Shown here: piece after piece, positions 1-10,014 of the stretch
Position numbering within the stretch: the first letter of the stretch is position 1
How the letters are laid out: every line of letters begins with the position of its first letter
Origin: Bdellovibrionota bacterium
GTDB taxonomy: Bacteria > Bdellovibrionota_C > UBA2361 > JBIKWN01
DNA length: 51,268 bases
Direction of reading: 5' to 3'
Assembly (NCBI GenBank): GCA_044356295.1
Contig: JBIKWN010000012.1
Span: 1-51,268 of the forward strand
Notes under the pieces: generated by a model
Databases searched by the model: none
What the model saw: only the letters and a program-made list of their open reading frames with translations
Told to the model about the DNA's origin: nothing
Position numbers and translations under genes: made by a program

Positions 1-417
1 TTCCAATTCATCTTTCTCGCCAGTTATCTGAATAGGTCCACTCACGGTACCATTAAAAACAACAGGAGTAGGTGCCACTTCATCTTTAACACCTGTTATG
101 TTAATTGGCCCAGTAGTTGTACCGGTAAACGTCACTGCTTTAGGAGGTAATTCATCTGATTGACCTTTTACTGTACCAGCTCCTGAAACTGTTCCAGTCG
201 GAGTGAGAGTTGGTAAAACTGCTTCAGATGAAGTATTTGAAACTTTAATAGGTTTTGAATAGGTCAGACCCTGCTCATCAAGAGAAGGTGTAGAAACGCG
301 AAACCGTACAGATCCTGCGGCTTGATCTTTAGTTTCAGGAGAAGCGGTTTGTTTGTTAAATGGATTTGTTGATTGATCAGCAAAGTTAAAACTAGCTGTA
401 ACGGGTTTAATATTCAT
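1..417 (-). CDS. Hypothetical S/T/P-rich protein with ~24-aa repeats (partial, runs off window start)
   Basis: Not in the ORF track. ATG at 417 follows AAGGAGG and the frame is open to position 1: MNIKPVTASFNFADQSTNPF...GTVSGAGTVKGQSDELPPKAVTFT/GTTTGPINITGVKDEVAPTPVVFN/GTVSGPIQITGEKDELE. Confidence 0.85.
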   Translation of the reverse strand, partial: MNIKPVTASFNFADQSTNPFNKQTASPETKDQAAGSVRFRVSTPSLDEQGLTYSKPIKVSNTSSEAVLPTLTPTGTVSGAGTVKGQSDELPPKAVTFTGTTTGPINITGVKDEVAPTPVVFNGTVSGPIQITGEKDELE

Positions 418-476
418 TTTGCGTCCCTCCTTGAACTACTTAAATAAAGAGAAGGCATCGTTGCCACACAAGAACA

Positions 477-503
477 ACATCGACTAAACGTACTAAATCT
501 TTA
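477..503 (-). promoter_or_regulatory. Putative sigma-28 (FliA)-type promoter
   Basis: Minus strand TAAAGATT-N11-GTCGATGT versus consensus TAAAGTTT-N11-GCCGATAA, ~60 nt upstream of the ATG at 417. Confidence 0.55.
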
Positions 504-614
504 AATAAATTTTTTTAAAATGATAGGAAGATTTCGTAATTTATGATTTTAAAGAAAGTATAGATAGTTCAATAAAATAACAAGGATTGATTTTCAACAA
601 GAGGGAAGGGTGAA

Positions 615-1850
615 TTATTGAACAATAGTCTTCCAAGTGTTTGAGCTTGAATCCCAAACTTTAATAGTATTCCCACTGCTTTGTTTATCAAATATAAATG
701 ATTCAGAGACATCTGATAGGCTTTCTCCATTTGCTTTCAAAGTTCCTATATAGGGGGCTTCAACCAGCCATCCTTTAGAAGTACCTAGAAAACGTATAGT
801 TGCATCAGCTTTCCCTTCGAAATAGCCACCAATGACAGTTCCTGCGTATCCCCCAAGTTTCATCAGATCGAGCGCACCTGATACACCGTGCCCAAGTACT
901 GGATATTGAATTGTATTATTAATGAGTGAGACTCCAGCACAGTATCGTCCAACACTAATTCCTGTTCTCATTAACTGAATGTCTGAATTAATAACTTTAA
1001 TCCCATGTACTCCTGCAAAAGGATCATGATCTTCATCACCAATTGCAACGCCAATTTTAGTACCAAAACTTCTAAAGTTTTCTAAGATTCCAACCTCACC
1101 GCCGGCATACAGAGATGAGTCTCCTGAAGAATGAGTTGCATAGACAACGCCGTATCCAACAGCAAGTTTTGTTCGATTCTTTTCTGCTTTTTGGAATAAG
1201 CTTTCATTGATTGAAATGTTACCAGCCTATATATTTTTTAAACTTGTACGAGATATGTGAGACATATCAAAACCAATCTGCTCAGGATTTTGTTCATTCA
1301 TAATAATCCCAATATCTCGAATTTCTACGTTTGATATATATCGATTAGGTGCATCGGGAATGATTGCTGCTCTTCTAAATCCACTTTGTACTGTGCTTGA
1401 AAGGATTAGTAATGTTGATCCGATACCATCTCCAAAAATAGTTTGATCCGATCGAATAATAAGATCTGATTTGACGAGATAGGCGCCTTCAGGAATATGA
1501 ACGTGAGTTGATGCATCAAGTGCATTCTGTATCGCTTGAGTACTGTCGAAGTCTGGGCAGTCATTTAATCTACAAGCCCCAAAATCGATTATATTTGCCC
1601 CGTCTTCTGAAGTTCCTCTGTCACCCTTGGGACCACTGTCTCCTTTATCTCCCTTTCGACCCTGTGCTTGTACTGAGACTTTGGTGCTAATTTCTTTGAG
1701 CTGAGACTCTAGAACCTTTACTCGACTAGAGAGTCCCCTAAGATTTTTTTCAAGGCTACGAACAGAATTTGTGCGTTGGGCAAAGCTATAATTTGTATTG
1801 AAAACGAGAGAAAGAATAAGAGCAGAAAATATGACAAAGATTTTTTTCAC
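615..1850 (-). pseudogene. Secreted parallel beta-helix (pectate lyase 3/GH55-like) protein with short collagen-like segment, split by one in-frame TAG at 1227-1229
   Basis: ORFs 1227..1850 and 615..971 share a frame and 972-1226 has no stop. Signal peptide, GRKGDKGDSGPKGDRG, and IIDFGA...DSTQAIQNALD...VHIPEGAY motifs. Confidence 0.8.
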
Positions 1851-1952
1851 ATTCTAAGATCGTCTTTTTTACTGCTAATGCTTCATGAAAAAAAGCTGGA
1901 AACTGCAATATAAGGTAGGTGGTATTAGACAGTACTAAAAATTCGTAGGAGA

Positions 1953-2336
1953 CTAATAGCTATCAGGGCTTCCGCATACTTGTGATGTTTTTTGCTCTAA
2001 AAATCGAATTAGGTCAAGGAATATAGCGTGTCTAGGGTCGGATGGATCATTGAGGATTCCAAGGTTATTTTGGCGAGTATGTTCAAGCATAGAACTAAAG
2101 TAAAGACATTTTGCTCCATCACCAGCAGGACAATTTGCGGTGATGAGTCTCAATAAATTTTTTATATTTTCAAGATCTTGATTATTGTTGACTGTATTTT
2201 TCCCATCGTAGGTCGCCATTAATGTTAAACCAACCAAACATAAAGCCTCTTGTGAGGGCATCTTCAGATGTCTACTGATGCATTGTGCTAAACCTTGGTG
2301 ATCGTTTTTATCGATGTGTGAACAGTTTTTTAGCAA
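1953..2336 (-). CDS. Hypothetical protein (possibly a frameshifted C-terminus of the upstream gene)
   Basis: 127-aa ORF with TTG start overlapping the stop of 2330..3508; weak RBS. Confidence 0.5.
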   Translation of the reverse strand: MLKNCSHIDKNDHQGLAQCISRHLKMPSQEALCLVGLTLMATYDGKNTVNNNQDLENIKNLLRLITANCPAGDGAKCLYFSSMLEHTRQNNLGILNDPSDPRHAIFLDLIRFLEQKTSQVCGSPDSY

Positions 2337-3508
2337 TTCTTCTTTTTGAATTTCCGAATAGCTATTTCCCCGAGATTGCCACCAGCTAAATATAATGTAT
2401 CAGATGAATCAAAGCCGTATGCGCCACGAGGTTCTTTGTAATAATTAAAGGTGTTGGAATCACAGACTTTGTCATTTTTTGCGGAGGCAGACATATAGCG
2501 GTATTGATATGTTTGCTTTGGTAGCGCTGCATTCTTATTAAAGTACACAATTCTGTTACCTTTATCATTTTCGCCTTGTTCGAAAGCAATGATTTGATCT
2601 TTTTTATTCACACGCCATCCCCCTTTTCGCAGTGGTTTCTTGATCCCAGTAGAAAGATTGAATGTTTGAAACGAAGAATTTTGCGTTGATTTAGTGACAA
2701 CTGTTGATCGACTTATATCAATGAAGTTTCCGTAGTAGATTGAATCGTTTAGAGGATAGGGGAAAAACATTTTCATTCCTGTTCCCGAAGAGGGGTTCAT
2801 TTTAAGTGAATAGTAACCATCACTCATGGCATAGAGTACGGTTGATTGTACTGCAGCAAAATGATTAGTAGGGCTTATAGAATTATTTGATCTTTTTTCA
2901 CTTGTATACTGCGGATCGGTTTGATCAATAAGCGTTGCAGTATTATCGTCATTGACTGCATATTCAAACAGTTCCGTTTGTACATCAGTATTCAATCCTG
3001 ATTTAGTAAATACAACAACTTTTCCAAGAGACTCGTCGTAAGATGCTGTCACTATATCACCAGACATGATGACAGGTGCTGTCTTAACTGAAATACAAGA
3101 TTGTACCAGTGAATTCAGATCTACCTGACAGAGTTTATCTAAATTCCATGCAAAACCTTTACTTCCATCAAATGAAATACCCGCATTGAGTATTCCTGAA
3201 CTAAATTGAGTTCGCAAAGACTGTGCTGCAGCAAGAGGAAGTATCCGAGTAACTTTGCCATCCTTCAAGATTAAAAATCCAAAATAGTCCGACCCTCCAT
3301 TTACACCGATTGCGATACTTCCATCAAGAAGATAGCGATTCCCGGATAGAATTATGGGTGATGGTGAATAGATTTTGTCCAAAGTATAGGTGGGATAATA
3401 GTCAGTAAGTTTGATGTTTGGTAACTTTTTAATAACTAATTTGCCTGGTGCTGCAATGCACTGCATACATACAAAAAAAGCAAAAAAAATCGTCGTCAAT
3501 AATTTCAT
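2330..3508 (-). CDS. Secreted hypothetical protein, beta-rich (possible propeller)
   Basis: Long ORF; signal peptide MKLLTTIFFAFFVCMQCIAA starts at 3508. Confidence 0.75.
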   Translation of the reverse strand: MKLLTTIFFAFFVCMQCIAAPGKLVIKKLPNIKLTDYYPTYTLDKIYSPSPIILSGNRYLLDGSIAIGVNGGSDYFGFLILKDGKVTRILPLAAAQSLRTQFSSGILNAGISFDGSKGFAWNLDKLCQVDLNSLVQSCISVKTAPVIMSGDIVTASYDESLGKVVVFTKSGLNTDVQTELFEYAVNDDNTATLIDQTDPQYTSEKRSNNSISPTNHFAAVQSTVLYAMSDGYYSLKMNPSSGTGMKMFFPYPLNDSIYYGNFIDISRSTVVTKSTQNSSFQTFNLSTGIKKPLRKGGWRVNKKDQIIAFEQGENDKGNRIVYFNKNAALPKQTYQYRYMSASAKNDKVCDSNTFNYYKEPRGAYGFDSSDTLYLAGGNLGEIAIRKFKKKNC

Positions 3509-3803
3509 TCTGATATGCATAGCTTTCCCGTGGAGAAAATAAATTTTGCTTTTTACTTTAAGCATTATTTGTAACGACAGGCGTTGATAGTAACTTAATG
3601 TTTGGAAGCTTTTTTGAGATAACTAGGAGTAAAAAAATTGCTTAGGGTCTCTTTTTGAGAATTGTAAACCTATGAAAGAATAAGATTTTCTTAATGGATG
3701 GGCTTTACTGGCTCTTTGCCCTTTAGTTTGGGGAATCAAAGAACGAATGTTTTTGAATTTAATTTTTTAACGCAAGGTGACAGAGAGGTTCGCGGAAAAG
3801 AGA

Positions 3804-3888
3804 CTAGTACAGGGTATTTCGCTTATTGTTGCTCTTCATTGTTAACCACGAAATGCAATGATTGACTAAAAAAGTTACCCCGTTCCGG
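3804..3888. repeat. Degenerate copy of the TTGGTACAGGGTAACT hairpin element
   Basis: CTAGTACAGGGTATTT (3804-3819) and AGTTACCCCGTTCCGG (3873-3888) each match the element's terminal repeat at 12/16; intergenic. Confidence 0.45.
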
Positions 3889-3934
3889 TTGCTTTCTCAA
3901 AGGTGAGCGTCCCCAGAAAACTAAATTCGACTAC

Positions 3935-4387
3935 TTAGTAAACAGATTCTTGAGAATTGACATTGGTGGGAATAGGAAGACGCCTCTTAGAACAATCAGT
4001 GCGTGATGGCATTCCACCGCAATCATCACAAATAAAATCGCCTACTGAGTCTGTAGGATATTCATTAATAACTTTACATTCATCCGATAGGGGAGATGTG
4101 GGAAAAAAACCAGGCTTGCATTTATAAATCTGATCGTCGTGCGCCGGCGGCGAATCATCAAAGTAATAGTCGTACCCTCCACAAGTAATTTTACCAGGTT
4201 TTGGGGAGGGTTTTAGATTTCGACACTCATCTAGTTTAGTTTTAACAAACTCACTACATGAAACATCTTCGAGAGCTGGCTCTGCAGCATCAATATTCGC
4301 AGTATATAGAGGTCTGCGCTGTGCAAAGGCATTTCCAAGAATTAACATAAAACTAGCGAAAAATACTGCTTTCGTTTGTAACTTCAT
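3935..4387 (-). CDS. Small secreted Cys-rich protein
   Basis: Signal peptide ending AFA; 8 Cys in the mature part. Confidence 0.75.
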   Translation of the reverse strand: MKLQTKAVFFASFMLILGNAFAQRRPLYTANIDAAEPALEDVSCSEFVKTKLDECRNLKPSPKPGKITCGGYDYYFDDSPPAHDDQIYKCKPGFFPTSPLSDECKVINEYPTDSVGDFICDDCGGMPSRTDCSKRRLPIPTNVNSQESVY

Positions 4388-4531
4388 GAATTTCCTAATA
4401 TTATTAAATAAAATATAACCATATTCGTTGATACGGACTACTTCACATCCAACTCTGTCGGTGTATAGATTAAGAAACTTTAATACTTTTTAACAGAAAT
4501 ATTTTAGTAATCTAAAAAAAGAGGCCAAACC

Positions 4532-7500
4532 TTAAAAATTAGTCTCAAACAAAAGCCTAACAGCAGCATCAGGCTTAATAAACTCATTAAACCCAGTGCT
4601 TTGATCAAACATAAAGCTTTGATCAAAAACATTAAGCCCTTCAAGCAAGAACCGTCCACGCCGATTTGGTAAACGATACCCTAAGCCAACATTTGTAAAC
4701 CATGCAGCATCTACTCCATCATTCATATCACTTCTATTAACCAGCGATTGCCTGCGCCAGCTTTCTTCTGCATACGCAAAAAATCCAGATGAGCCAAACC
4801 ATCTGAGTGTTGCAGAAAGGGTGTCATCTTTGATGCTATCAGCAAACCCAGAATCAGAAGAACTATCCTGCGTTCGTCTGTGAGTAAACGTTATAGCAGA
4901 GGTATCAGAGATCTTTTGATTGATATAGTTTCTAAGAAGATGTTGATTACGATGATCAAGTGATCCACTATCTGCAGCAACATCGTAGCCACCACTTCCA
5001 GTCGATTGATCAAAGGTTAGATTTTCATTTATCGCCCAAAATGGACTAGATAGACGTCGGTATACATACTCGGAACCAACATAGGTTTTTCCTGGATCCT
5101 TCCAATCCACACCAAATCCGATATCTTTTGAAGTTGTACCACTAAAATCAGTAAATCGTTGTGGGAGCCCTGAAACAAAGGAAGGCTCAAGGGAAACAAA
5201 ATCCTCAAGTGAACTTTTACGAAGTGACTCAGTATAACTTGCTCGAACCAAGGTGTTTTTGTATGCATCCCAAGCCGCACCAACTTTTGGACTAAACCTT
5301 CCACTACTTGCAGTCTCGTCAATAAACGGAGCAACTTCCGCTTTATCTGACTGCAGATCGGTTCGGACTAATCCTGTAGTTATATTAAAAGTGTCAGACA
5401 CCTTGGTTCTAAGGTATGCATACGCGTCATGTCCAGTAAGGTTAGTGCTCGATGAATTGTTTAGTGAGGCACCTCCGGCTAAAACACCTAATGAATCATT
5501 GGTAACATCGGATTCTTCGCGGCGGTTTGGCACTTGATGAAGAAGTTGAGAACCAAACGTCCAAGAGAATCTATCACCCGAGGTCATATACTGTAATCCA
5601 GATCTATAGAGATTGGTTTGTTCATGAACAAGTTGATCAAGAGTGAGTGTGTCAAGATCCGAGAAACCATCTTCGCCAAGTAACTCAAACCCAACAGTGC
5701 GTTCAGTTGCAGATGAGCGAACTCTATCAAGTACTCTTTCAGCGCCAATATCTGCGATAAAAACTGCATCAGCATCCATTCTTTGTACGTATGAAAGGCT
5801 TGTTTTACCAACGGTTGTATTAATTTTATCTTCTTCAGAATTTAAGTCTTGATTATCAATAAAACGACCATTTCCTTCGAATAGTATTTTTTTAGAGAAA
5901 TCAATTGCGTATTCAACTGAAGTGTTTAGCTCGGTATCACGAAGATACGTATTGGCACTTTTTGTACTGCCAGAGATTGCAGATGATGCTGAAAACTGCC
6001 AAGCCGTTTTTCCATTTTTACCAACAGTAATTGCAGAAGGAATATGATTTTCATTTCGACCATCATAACTGTATGCAAAACCACTTCGGGTATTATTCCC
6101 ATCAAGCAGTGTGTCGTAAGCATTTAAAGATAACGCTGCATCAGTTGCAGTTTGCAGGTTCATCCCAACTGGAGCTAACAAACGAGATCGTCTGCGCTCA
6201 GATAGAGCAGTATCAGCAAAAAAGAACGTATCATATGACTCTGCAAGTAAACGGTATGCTGAATAATTCATTGGATCAGCTTGAACAGAACGAATTGCTT
6301 CAACTCGCGCAGCATCATTGAATCCAGTTTCTCGAAACGCACGACTCAATGCGGATGCTCTTACCGCAGAGTCTTGATCAAGAAGCATACGTGAGCGGTA
6401 AACAGCTTTGTTATCATTTTTTTCAATCGCTTTTTCAATATCATCAATGGCGCCAAGAGGATTGTTCTCTGCGATTTTTGCATAAGCTCGGTACAGGTGA
6501 GGGGTAGGGTCATTGCTATCAATACGCTCTGCTTCTGCGTATTCACGGTATGCTTCTTTATAGTTGTCGTTTTCGAAAGCAATTTTACCTAGGTAACTTC
6601 TAAAACTTGAGTTTCTTGGTTCTAGTGCAATTGCAGTTTCAAATGATTTTTTTGCAGATGTAAGATCTCTTGAACGTGAATATGCTAATCCCTGACCTAA
6701 ATAGGCTTCACTAGTAGAGGGCGATGCCGCGATAACGGAATTAAAAGTGGAAAGAGCTTCATCTCCATTATCTTTCGCAAGTTCAATATATCCTTTGATC
6801 ATTAATAGCGACGGTTCAGTACAAACAGAACCGCACGCTTTTTCAATATCAGCAGATGCAGCGTTTATTTTCCCGAAATAAAGATTAAGCTCCGCTGACC
6901 GTGCTAAAAGAAGTTGATTATCTGGATTAGCAATAAGAGCAGCATCAATCTCTTTTTTACTCTGTTCAAGTTTTCCTTCACTTTGAAAGTAATATGACCG
7001 AGCAAGCACTGCAGCACTACTTTTTGAGTCTGAAATTTTTTCTGACAAAAGTTTTGCTTTCTTTGAATCATTTTCAGAAAGTGCGAATAAGAGTTCCTGT
7101 GCATCAAGCGCTGGACTAGAAGTATTTTTTTGCACTAATGTCAGCGCTTTTCTGCCTGAGTCGATTGAGCCTTTTGAAAAATCACGTAAGGCGCCCTCTA
7201 AAATTTTTGCATCATTGCTATTTTTAGTAATCGATGAAGCTTCATCACTACTAATGATTCTTGGCATAGAGATCGTCCACTGGGCGAATGTATCACTTGA
7301 TACCAGAAGGCTTTTTACTGGAGCACTTCCTTTATTTGTTGTTGCAACTTCGCCAGCTGCCAAAGATGCTAGACCAAATTTGTTTTTTGCATCTGCAGAT
7401 CCTTCTACGACGGTAACTATGCTTTGCTGTGAAGAGGTAGTAACTTCGAGCTCAGTTCCTCGAACAGCTGCAGAGACAAGAGGAGTATTAATAAGGACAT

Positions 7501-7852
7501 TATCGTCTGCGGCTCTGTTAAAGAAATGAAGTTTCCCTTGATTCAGGTTTAGGCTCTCTCCTTTAATTTCTAACGAAGATCCACTCGAAAGCCTCACAAA
7601 GTATCCGGACGTAAATCGAATAGCGACTCTGCCAGTGTCTCCAACATTAATAAGATCACCATCAAAAAGCTTCTGACTTTTTACGAGTTGTTTGACTGTT
7701 TGGGATCCATGCTCTTTATAGGAAGCAGTCCCCTCAATTGAAAATACCTCTGCTGCCATTGAGGGCACTTCTGCTACCGCAATGGAGACTACAATAAGTG
7801 AAGCAGTGATTGATGTTAAAAGGGAAATAAGCATGTTTTTTGAGCAATTCAT
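4532..7852 (-). CDS. FecR domain + TPR + outer-membrane beta-barrel receptor (NsrA-like architecture)
   Basis: Signal peptide; FecR-like GDLINVG...INTPLVSAAVRGTEL; TPR helices (AYLGQGLAY, DPTPHLYRAY); barrel-like C-terminus ending in F. Confidence 0.85.
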   Translation of the reverse strand: MNCSKNMLISLLTSITASLIVVSIAVAEVPSMAAEVFSIEGTASYKEHGSQTVKQLVKSQKLFDGDLINVGDTGRVAIRFTSGYFVRLSSGSSLEIKGESLNLNQGKLHFFNRAADDNVLINTPLVSAAVRGTELEVTTSSQQSIVTVVEGSADAKNKFGLASLAAGEVATTNKGSAPVKSLLVSSDTFAQWTISMPRIISSDEASSITKNSNDAKILEGALRDFSKGSIDSGRKALTLVQKNTSSPALDAQELLFALSENDSKKAKLLSEKISDSKSSAAVLARSYYFQSEGKLEQSKKEIDAALIANPDNQLLLARSAELNLYFGKINAASADIEKACGSVCTEPSLLMIKGYIELAKDNGDEALSTFNSVIAASPSTSEAYLGQGLAYSRSRDLTSAKKSFETAIALEPRNSSFRSYLGKIAFENDNYKEAYREYAEAERIDSNDPTPHLYRAYAKIAENNPLGAIDDIEKAIEKNDNKAVYRSRMLLDQDSAVRASALSRAFRETGFNDAARVEAIRSVQADPMNYSAYRLLAESYDTFFFADTALSERRRSRLLAPVGMNLQTATDAALSLNAYDTLLDGNNTRSGFAYSYDGRNENHIPSAITVGKNGKTAWQFSASSAISGSTKSANTYLRDTELNTSVEYAIDFSKKILFEGNGRFIDNQDLNSEEDKINTTVGKTSLSYVQRMDADAVFIADIGAERVLDRVRSSATERTVGFELLGEDGFSDLDTLTLDQLVHEQTNLYRSGLQYMTSGDRFSWTFGSQLLHQVPNRREESDVTNDSLGVLAGGASLNNSSSTNLTGHDAYAYLRTKVSDTFNITTGLVRTDLQSDKAEVAPFIDETASSGRFSPKVGAAWDAYKNTLVRASYTESLRKSSLEDFVSLEPSFVSGLPQRFTDFSGTTSKDIGFGVDWKDPGKTYVGSEYVYRRLSSPFWAINENLTFDQSTGSGGYDVAADSGSLDHRNQHLLRNYINQKISDTSAITFTHRRTQDSSSDSGFADSIKDDTLSATLRWFGSSGFFAYAEESWRRQSLVNRSDMNDGVDAAWFTNVGLGYRLPNRRGRFLLEGLNVFDQSFMFDQSTGFNEFIKPDAAVRLLFETNF

Positions 7853-7982
7853 AAAGCTGGATATACCAAATATTATTGATTCTAGCTCTCTATTTTTTTA
7901 ACCTTCTGGATTTAAATTTTTATCATTAAAACAAGCTCCTTTTAGTATAGACAGCGACCTTGGTTTCTTGGTCATATACCGT

Positions 7983-9968
7983 ATGCGATTTTTTAAGTCA
8001 GTAAACGCTGTTCATATTTTTGCGAGTCTTCTTGCCGCATTTTTAGCATCTGCAATTTTTGCGACTGGCTTTGGCGATCGTGTTGAGCTGTTTTTTCATG
8101 ACACCTGGTACCAAGTTCGCGGAGCACGGACTGCTCCGAAAGATGTCGTAGTCGTAGCAATGGATGAGCTTAGTTACCGAAACCTTGGGGTGTCACTCAA
8201 TAAAGCATGGCCCCGCGAACTTCATGCAAAACTTTTGGATAAGCTTGCTGAATACGGAGCAAAAAAAGTAGTTTTTGATATTCTTTTTTTAGATCCAGGC
8301 GCAGATCCTAAAGCAGATGAGCATCTTGCCTCTGCAATTTCAAAACTACCTGTAGCTCTTGGTGTTGAAACTGCGATTCAACAAGTTGGTGGAGCAGGGG
8401 GATCCTTCTCTCTTGAAGAACTGCTAGAACCATATGCACCTTTTAAAAAAGCTGCAAAACAATTAGCACTTGTTGCATTACCATCTGCTAGTGGATATAT
8501 CCGCGGTTTTTTTAATCAACGAACTGAACGAACTCAAGGTATCCCATCTCTTGCTGAGGCTGGTGCGGATGTTTTACCCGATCAAAGTAATTTACCAACA
8601 AGGTATGATCTCATTAACTATTATGGTGGAGCCAGAACAATACCTACCTATTCTTTTTATCAGCTCCTTGAAGAAGAGATGCCTTTGGATAAATCGCTCT
8701 TCGAAGGAAAAACTGTTTTTGTTGGATTATCTCTTCGAACAGAAGTAGGCCCAGCGCAAAAAGATGTGTTTATGAATCCTGCGACAGGGGTTCCGATTTT
8801 TGGTGTAGAAGTACATGCTGTTGCAAGTGCAAATTTAAAGAGTGGCTCTTGGATTCGCAGGCTTTCACCAACAACTGAATATCTAATCCTTTCCCTCGCT
8901 ACTGCCTTTGGATCCCTCATTATTCTGAGTGTTTCACCTGTTGTAGCTGGGGCTGTGACTGCTTCACTTGCACTTCTTTGGTCGATAATCGCCTACCTTT
9001 CATTTACACAGTTTTTCTTTTTATCTGGAGCGTTTGTTGTATTCATAACGCTTCCAGTCGTGTTTCTTATCGCAACATTTCGTTCATTCATTGTCGCAAG
9101 ACGATCTGAATTAAAATTAAAATCTGCATTTGAACTTTATGTTGCACCAGAGATGGTCTCACAGCTTCAAAATGATCAGATGGGCACTAAACTTGGAGGT
9201 CAGAAAGTTTGGGCAACGGCGATGTTTACAGATATCGCAGGATTTACCGATATCACTGAAGAGCTTCCACCAGAAAAAGTTGTAGAGATGCTCAATGAGT
9301 ATTTCTCTCAAATAATGGATGTCGTTTTCAAAAATAAGGGAACCCTTATTAAATTTATAGGGGACGCCGTATTTGTGATTTGGGGCGCCCCAGTACCTAT
9401 GGATAATCATGCATCTCTTGCAATGAAAACTGCACAAGAGCTTCAAGATGTTCTTGCAAAATTTAATAGTTTGAAAAAATACCCTGAACTGAAAACAAGG
9501 ATTGGAGTTAACACAGGACCGATGGTTGTTGGAAACCTAGGGTCAGATAGACGATTTGACTACACTGCAATAGGCGATTCGATTAACTTGGCAGCCCGTA
9601 TTGAAGGGCTTAATAAAAAATTAGGTACAGATGTACTTTTTACCGAGGCTGTAAGGAAAGACTCAGGGCTCAATGAAGGGGTTTTGCCTCTTGGGGATTT
9701 CAAGGTTAAGGGGAAAAAAGAGGCTGTCCTTTTGTACTCCCATTTCGTTCCTGCTGTTTCTGAAGAGATCCGAGCCAAATTAGCCGAAGCTTTGAAGTTT
9801 TTTCAACGAGGAAGGGCTGAAAATGCATTAAAACTATTCGATGAACTGCCAAATGCTGATATAAGACTTAAGGAATTGTCTATATTCTACCGAAGCTATA
9901 TTAATAAGGTTTCAGATAAGATGCTTGGCGAAGAATGGCGTGGTGAAGTTGAGCTTGATGAGAAATAA
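7983..9968 (+). CDS. CHASE2-domain class III adenylate cyclase
   Basis: CHASE2 motifs (VVVAMDE, WPRELHA, VFDILF, GVEVHA), three TM helices, cyclase motifs FTDIAGFT, KFIGDA and YTAIGDSINLAARIEG. Confidence 0.93.
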   Translation: MRFFKSVNAVHIFASLLAAFLASAIFATGFGDRVELFFHDTWYQVRGARTAPKDVVVVAMDELSYRNLGVSLNKAWPRELHAKLLDKLAEYGAKKVVFDILFLDPGADPKADEHLASAISKLPVALGVETAIQQVGGAGGSFSLEELLEPYAPFKKAAKQLALVALPSASGYIRGFFNQRTERTQGIPSLAEAGADVLPDQSNLPTRYDLINYYGGARTIPTYSFYQLLEEEMPLDKSLFEGKTVFVGLSLRTEVGPAQKDVFMNPATGVPIFGVEVHAVASANLKSGSWIRRLSPTTEYLILSLATAFGSLIILSVSPVVAGAVTASLALLWSIIAYLSFTQFFFLSGAFVVFITLPVVFLIATFRSFIVARRSELKLKSAFELYVAPEMVSQLQNDQMGTKLGGQKVWATAMFTDIAGFTDITEELPPEKVVEMLNEYFSQIMDVVFKNKGTLIKFIGDAVFVIWGAPVPMDNHASLAMKTAQELQDVLAKFNSLKKYPELKTRIGVNTGPMVVGNLGSDRRFDYTAIGDSINLAARIEGLNKKLGTDVLFTEAVRKDSGLNEGVLPLGDFKVKGKKEAVLLYSHFVPAVSEEIRAKLAEALKFFQRGRAENALKLFDELPNADIRLKELSIFYRSYINKVSDKMLGEEWRGEVELDEK

Positions 9969-10014
9969 AAATTGAATCTTTATGACATTATATAAATTTA
10001 CATACTATTCGAAT

